A DNA stretch of 64,000 nt from Patescibacteria group bacterium (GTDB lineage: Bacteria > Patescibacteriota > Patescibacteriia > GWA2-46-9), in contig JBAYUF010000001.1 in the NCBI GenBank assembly GCA_041675205.1, positions 20,863-84,862 on the forward strand, read 5' to 3'. Position numbers and translations under genes: made by a program. Positions 58,821 to 64,000 of the stretch are shown piece by piece (positions within the stretch are counted from its first letter, which is position 1; every line of letters begins with the position of its first letter). A model generated the notes under the pieces. That model was not told the origin of the DNA, made no database searches, and saw only the letters and a program-made list of their open reading frames with translations.

Positions 58821-60073
58821 AGTCCACCAACAAACTCTTCGAACGTTGTTTCCTTTTGAGGAATTTTTTCAGCCGATAATGGTAGGGTAAAAATCATTCG
58901 AGTTCCTTTTCCTTCGTCTGACTCGGCATGGATGTCGCCGCCGTGGTTCTTGACGATGTTTTTCACAATGAAAAGTCCTAAGCCAGAACCCTCTGTTTGC
59001 ATTCGCACGACGTTGTCACCTCGAAAGAATTTGGTGAAAAGTCGATGCATCTGGTGTTTCGGAACCCCAACGCCGTGGTCTTCAATCGTAATCTCCGCAT
59101 GATCGGTATACTTCTTTACGCGGACATCAATTAATCCGCCCGGCTGAGAGTATTTGATTGCGTTCTCAATGAGGTTTTGCAGTACGAGCTCCATTTTTGC
59201 TGGATCAATCTGTAGGGGCGGGAGGGTGAAGTTCGGCTTGTCGTAGGCAAGGCTTACCCCGTGCGCGGCTGCCTCAACACGGAACCGCTCAATAGCCTTT
59301 TCGAGGTAGTCGAGCATATCAGTTGCTTGGAAAACATAACCGAAACGTCCTTCTTCAATACGGGCGACGTTGAGTAGATCACCAACGAGCCGAATCATTC
59401 GCTCATTTACTTTGTATCCACGATCGAGAAAGTCACGCTGTTCTTGACTAAGTGGGCCAATATCTCCATCACCGAGCATTTTCATTGTCCATTTTACTGC
59501 TGACAGTGGGGTGCGCAATTGGTGAGCCGCAATCGAGATGAATTCTGATTTCATTTGGCTAATGAGCTGTTCGCGTCGACGTTGGACTTCCAGTCGATCA
59601 ATCATGACGTTAAAGGCCTCGGTTAATTCAGCGATTTCATCTCGCGACGTCGGCTTTAGTCGATACTGCAGATCGCCCTCACCAACCAGGTGCGTCAGAC
59701 GGACGAGTCGTTTGAGTGGGCGAACGAGAGAAGCAGAAATAATACTTCCAGCAAAAATGACCATAATAACCACAAGCACCAGAATAAGTATGTTCTGGGC
59801 CAAGAGTACTTGTTCGATTTGGCTGACACTGCTCTCTGGCAAGAATTGGCGAATGGAGCTTTGGTAGATGGTAACGGTTAACCCCGCAGAAATTGCGATT
59901 GGTGTTACCGATAGCATGAAAAAAGTTATGAGGATGCGCAAAAAAACAGAGCGTCGGCTCACGCCGAGCGTTGGCGTTGCCGGTAGTTTGGGCAGCGGTA
60001 CTTCTGCGCTCAGGTCAACCGTGAACGGGTTTTTTAGTGCTTCCGTTTTTGGTATCACTTCATTGGTTGGCAT
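58817..60073 (-). CDS. HAMP-domain sensor histidine kinase
   Basis: Two TMs, HAMP, AAHQLRTPL, NLIENAIKYS, DHGVG, GSGLGL. Confidence 0.95.
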   Translation of the reverse strand: MPTNEVIPKTEALKNPFTVDLSAEVPLPKLPATPTLGVSRRSVFLRILITFFMLSVTPIAISAGLTVTIYQSSIRQFLPESSVSQIEQVLLAQNILILVLVVIMVIFAGSIISASLVRPLKRLVRLTHLVGEGDLQYRLKPTSRDEIAELTEAFNVMIDRLEVQRRREQLISQMKSEFISIAAHQLRTPLSAVKWTMKMLGDGDIGPLSQEQRDFLDRGYKVNERMIRLVGDLLNVARIEEGRFGYVFQATDMLDYLEKAIERFRVEAAAHGVSLAYDKPNFTLPPLQIDPAKMELVLQNLIENAIKYSQPGGLIDVRVKKYTDHAEITIEDHGVGVPKHQMHRLFTKFFRGDNVVRMQTEGSGLGLFIVKNIVKNHGGDIHAESDEGKGTRMIFTLPLSAEKIPQKETTFEEFVGGL

Positions 60074-60821
60074 ATGACCCTTCAGACTGTGTTACAAAAA
60101 GTTGGCTTTCATCCTTCGCCTCGTCATGAGTGATGATAATGTACACAAACAGGAAACCAGCAACGTATAACAGCCGGAAAACAACAAGTGGCCAACTAGT
60201 GATGACTTTTGATTCGTCTATACTGCCCAGGAGTAAGTAAAGCAGTAGAGGAGCAGCTAGCAGTGCTTGATAGACGTCGCCATTTGTTGCCCGGTTTCTT
60301 AAGCGATGAACGATATCATAGATGGCAAGCGCAGCGAGTATTATTACTTCAATGCCGAAAATGCGAAATGAGTATATATTCACCGTTGCCTCGGCAGAAA
60401 AGCTCGTCACGTCATTTAAAGGGATTCCGCCTGGCCGTAACACGAAAGCCAAAGCGGCAATACCCATACAGAACGAAAGTAACGCCGCTATAGTGCTGAA
60501 CAATTGAGAGTTTGTCACTCGTAAAACAAGAAAAGCGAACAAGGCAGGACCACCAAAAAAAACAGATGCTTGCACAAGCATGTCGGCGTAACCAATCCAT
60601 TCCCCAGCGTATCCTAAACCTGCCGCCACATAGCGCACCGCAGAGCAGCCCCACACAAGGGTTGTAAACCACCAGAACCACGTATACGACTCAAGCGCCG
60701 GTGTAGACCAGGTGTGCCGGCGGGTCAAACGTATCGTTAGAGCCAATGATGCTAATGCAACCGTGGCGCTTACAAATGCGTTCACCATTATGCCGATGTT
60801 GACGATAGTCCCTGAAAGCAT
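60060..60821 (-). CDS. 7-TM membrane protein overlapping the kinase start
   Basis: About seven TMs; 14-nt overlap with the kinase gene; ATG 6 nt after TGGTACAAT. Confidence 0.75.
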   Translation of the reverse strand: MLSGTIVNIGIMVNAFVSATVALASLALTIRLTRRHTWSTPALESYTWFWWFTTLVWGCSAVRYVAAGLGYAGEWIGYADMLVQASVFFGGPALFAFLVLRVTNSQLFSTIAALLSFCMGIAALAFVLRPGGIPLNDVTSFSAEATVNIYSFRIFGIEVIILAALAIYDIVHRLRNRATNGDVYQALLAAPLLLYLLLGSIDESKVITSWPLVVFRLLYVAGFLFVYIIITHDEAKDESQLFVTQSEGSYANQ

Positions 60822-60939
60822 GAGGAAATTGTACCATAGCTGGCTTAAAATATAGCCGTAGATTCCTCGACGAGACTCTGAGCATTCTTTATACTGACAG
60901 CTAGTTAAGGTGCGCTCGCTTCATACTAGTTAATAACGC

Positions 60940-63147
60940 ATGTACCTCGAGAAATTAGAAATTCAAGGATTTAAAACCTTCGTTCGTAAAACTACCCTTA
61001 CGTTCCCTCAGCCAAAAACTGGTGAGCGTCGTGGCGTTGCTGGAATTGTCGGCCCTAATGGTTCCGGTAAGTCAAACTTTGCCGATGCCTTGCGATGGGT
61101 GATGGGAGAGCAAAGTTTAAAATCTCTACGGGGTAAAAAGTCTGAGGATGTTATTTTTTCTGGAACCGAGAAACTGCCGCGGGTTGGCATGGCCGAGGTG
61201 TCTCTTTTTTTGAATAACGAGGATCGACAAGCGCCAATCGATTTTAGTGAAGTCGTAATTACTCGACGATTGTATAGGAGCGGTGAATCTGACTACCTCA
61301 TTAATAATAAAAAAGTTCGTTTGCAAGATGTCACCCTCCTGCTCGCTGAGGCCAGCTGCGGACAGAAAACCTACAGTATTATAGGGCAGGGTATGGTCGA
61401 CGCCATTTTAATGGCCACACCACTTGAACGGAAGGCCTATTTTGACGAAGCATCTGGTACCCGACCCCTACAGTTAAAACGTGAAGAAGCAGAGCATAAG
61501 TTGCGACAAACTGAAGATAATTTGCGACAGGGCGACGTACTCATTGAGGAAATTGCTCCACGACTTCGTTCATTAACAAGACAGGTTCGAAGATTAGAGC
61601 GGCGGGAGGAGGTTGAAAAAGAACTTATCGAGCTGCGACATCATTTTTATGGTTCCGCCTTGTTCCAGAGTCAGCAAGCTATGCGCAGAAGTGAAGCAGA
61701 GCTGAATGCAGCTGCGGCACTGAGAGAAACAGCCACAAAGACGTTACAAACACTTGAAGAACAATTTGGCACACTGGAACGAACTGTTGGGGACGGCGAA
61801 GGATACCAACGCTTAACAGCCGAGTATCAACGTATTTGGGATGCCCGAGCGGCGGTTAGTGAGAATATTTTACGGTTGAAAAGTCAACTGGCGGCGAGTA
61901 GCGCAGCCGTAAACCAGGCAGTATCGGTGCCAGCATTAACTGAAGTTTACCATGCGCTGGAACGAACGGTGGGTGCTTTACTCGATGCAGTAGAGGGACA
62001 AAAGCAACTAGATAGCGTAGCTATTCAAGCGCACAGCAATTCGCTGCGAGAGCATCTTGTTGTTTTTCGAGGCCATTTATTTGGGGCTACAGAGGACGAT
62101 ACAGAAAACACTACGTTTACTGCTGAATTAGAACAGTTTGAGAATGAGGCCACACATCTCGCTAAGTCGCTTGATGCGGCTCAGCAGCAAATGCAGCAGT
62201 TCCACGAAAAAGAGCGAGAGAAAAATAAAACTATTTTTGACCTCGAACGCAGTGTTCGCACGGCTCGTGAACACGTAAGTGGTTGCGTTGAGAAAGAACA
62301 TGAACATCAAATTACACTCGCTCGATTAAGTGCGACTCGTGAAGCGTTGAATCGAGAAATTGCGGAAGAGTTGAATGGCGCAACACCACGACCCGAGACA
62401 ACACTATTTTCTGAACCAGAGCAAAGTGAGATGCGGCACCGCATGGAGGGGCTAAAGCGCCGCCTGGCAGAAATTGGAACGATAGACGAAGAAACAGCAA
62501 AAGAGTACGAAGAGACAAAGACACGGTTTGAATTTTTAACTGGTGAAGCCGAGGATCTTCGCAAGGCAACGCATGACCTTCGGCGTGTGGTGCGGGAGCT
62601 TGATGAAACGATTGCCCGACAATTTACAGAGTCTTTTCAACGCATCAGCAAAGATTTTGAAAAGTTTTTTACCGTACTTTTTAATGGTGGTACGGCAAAA
62701 TTAGTGGCGGTGGCGGTTGACGACCCTGGGGTGAGCGACGAGGGTGGTATGGACTCGACCGGGTTTGAAGCGTCACGAGAACGAACCGGCATTGATATTC
62801 AGGTGACCCCGCCAGGGAAGCGATTGAAACACATTAGTATGCTTTCGGGTGGTGAACGTGCGCTGACATCTCTCGCGTTAATTTGTGCCATTATCTCTTC
62901 CAATCCATCGCCGTTTGTGGTGCTTGATGAAGTTGATGCTGCGCTTGATGAAGCGAACTCTGTGCGGTTCGCAGAAATCATTGATCAACTTTCTCATCGA
63001 ACGCAGTTTGTCGTTATCACCCATAACCGAGCCTCCATGCATCAGGCAAATATTCTCTATGGCATTACCATGAGTGATGATGGGGCATCAAAAGTACTAT
63101 CATTGAAGCTAGAGGATATTGAACGAACACTGCCCGAGACGGCTTGA
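60940..63147 (+). CDS. smc: Short SMC-family ATPase (735 aa)
   Basis: GPNGSGKSN, KSLRG, IIGQG, LSGGE, LDEVDAALD, VITH. Confidence 0.9.
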   Translation: MYLEKLEIQGFKTFVRKTTLTFPQPKTGERRGVAGIVGPNGSGKSNFADALRWVMGEQSLKSLRGKKSEDVIFSGTEKLPRVGMAEVSLFLNNEDRQAPIDFSEVVITRRLYRSGESDYLINNKKVRLQDVTLLLAEASCGQKTYSIIGQGMVDAILMATPLERKAYFDEASGTRPLQLKREEAEHKLRQTEDNLRQGDVLIEEIAPRLRSLTRQVRRLERREEVEKELIELRHHFYGSALFQSQQAMRRSEAELNAAAALRETATKTLQTLEEQFGTLERTVGDGEGYQRLTAEYQRIWDARAAVSENILRLKSQLAASSAAVNQAVSVPALTEVYHALERTVGALLDAVEGQKQLDSVAIQAHSNSLREHLVVFRGHLFGATEDDTENTTFTAELEQFENEATHLAKSLDAAQQQMQQFHEKEREKNKTIFDLERSVRTAREHVSGCVEKEHEHQITLARLSATREALNREIAEELNGATPRPETTLFSEPEQSEMRHRMEGLKRRLAEIGTIDEETAKEYEETKTRFEFLTGEAEDLRKATHDLRRVVRELDETIARQFTESFQRISKDFEKFFTVLFNGGTAKLVAVAVDDPGVSDEGGMDSTGFEASRERTGIDIQVTPPGKRLKHISMLSGGERALTSLALICAIISSNPSPFVVLDEVDAALDEANSVRFAEIIDQLSHRTQFVVITHNRASMHQANILYGITMSDDGASKVLSLKLEDIERTLPETA

Positions 63148-63172
63148 CGTGGCCAGTCTTTTTACCTATACT
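63144..63172 (+). promoter_or_regulatory. rpsP promoter
   Basis: TTGACG-17 nt-TATACT. Confidence 0.75.
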
Positions 63173-63223
63173 CAGTCGACGCTCTGAATGGGGCGCAATT
63201 AAATTTACTTTTGTCATTTTGCC

Positions 63224-63649
63224 ATGGTAACTATTCGTTTAAGTCGTGTCGGCAAGCGCAAGCAGCCAACGTACCGATTTGTCGTTCAAGAAAAAGGCCG
63301 AGATCCGTGGGGAAGCCACATTGAAATTGTTGGTCATTGTAACCTGCGCTCTACCCCAACATCGGTAGTATTAAAGACCGATCGTGTGCAGTACTGGCTG
63401 TCGCAGGGAGCGCAACCATCAGATACAGTTTGGAACATGCTTCTTGACCAGAAGCTTGTGACGGGTGACAAGCGGAAGACAGTTGTGGTGAGTAAAAAGA
63501 AGAAGGCCAAGATGGCCGAAGTGGTTGCCAAGGCTGCCGCCGAGAAGAGTAAGGAAGAAGAGAAGGTAAAAGCCGCAGAAGCAGCGAACGCAGCTGAGGC
63601 AACTCCTGAAGTAACTTCTGAAGCCCCAACAGAGCCGGTTGCGGAGTAA
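63224..63649 (+). CDS. rpsP: 30S ribosomal protein S16 with C-terminal extension
   Basis: MVTIRLSRVGKRKQPTYRFVV, YWLSQGAQPSDTV. Confidence 0.96.
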   Translation: MVTIRLSRVGKRKQPTYRFVVQEKGRDPWGSHIEIVGHCNLRSTPTSVVLKTDRVQYWLSQGAQPSDTVWNMLLDQKLVTGDKRKTVVVSKKKKAKMAEVVAKAAAEKSKEEEKVKAAEAANAAEATPEVTSEAPTEPVAE

Positions 63650-63673
63650 CAGTTGCTCGTACATTTAAAGGCC

Positions 63674-63708
63674 AACAAAACCCTCACGAGCGTGAGGGTT
63701 TTGTTATT
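63674..63708 (+). terminator. Intrinsic terminator
   Basis: AACAAAACCCTCACG-ag-CGTGAGGGTTTTGTT. Confidence 0.8.
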
Positions 63709-63837
63709 AAGATTCGTTGACAGGCCGTGCGGAGGTTGCTACCTTTCAGCAAAGCCCCATAAGGGGTTCCAGGCTGCAATTAATACCCAAGGTCGACAGT
63801 ACTGGATGTAATGAAGTAAAGATAGTAACTAAAAACA

Positions 63838-64000
63838 ATGGAAAAAGATCAAGAGTTTGTTGAGTATGTTGTTCGTGGTTTAGTGAATAGTCCTGACGAA
63901 GTTCGCACTGAGCGAACCGTTGACGAAATGGGTGTGCTCATTACCGTTTTTGTCGCACAGGACGATAAGCGATATGTGATTGGTCGAAAGGGTCAGAACG
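63838..64000 (+). CDS. khpA: KH-domain RNA-binding protein KhpA (3'-truncated by the window)
   Basis: MEKDQEFVEYVVRGLVNSPDEV...DKRYVIGRKGQN; follows rpsP. Confidence 0.85.
   Translation, partial: MEKDQEFVEYVVRGLVNSPDEVRTERTVDEMGVLITVFVAQDDKRYVIGRKGQN

Overview
Gene-dense bacterial chromosomal segment. Its gene content is most consistent with a Patescibacteria/CPR (Parcubacteria-like) genome (inference from short IF2 and TruB, a 735-aa hinge-less SMC, several apparently leaderless genes, giant surface proteins and multiple PEP-utilizer genes). Housekeeping genes: ruvB, nfo, tig, yebC-ruvC, rmuC, CIRCE-groES-groEL, manC, tRNA-Cys, polA-holA, rpsT, truB, infB-rbfA-DHH, clpP, rny-ymdB, tRNA-His, P-type ATPase, smc, rpsP, khpA. 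Accessory blocks: (i) a ~2.6-kb insert bracketed by a degenerate copy of the 5' end of a CYTH gene; (ii) a ~15.5-kb cluster of giant secreted fibre/repeat proteins; (iii) a four-helix-bundle gene inside rny-ymdB flanked by inverted heptamer arrays; (iv) 47.3-55.9 kb, holding a ~1.15-kb hairpin-packed non-coding unit with its own sigma70 promoter and terminator (candidate large ncRNA), next to a split PEP-synthase/rifampin-phosphotransferase-like system (three His-swivel proteins, a histidine phosphatase, one stand-alone ATP-grasp domain) and a PD-(D/E)XK-like gene. All calls come from motif recognition by eye; no searches were run.
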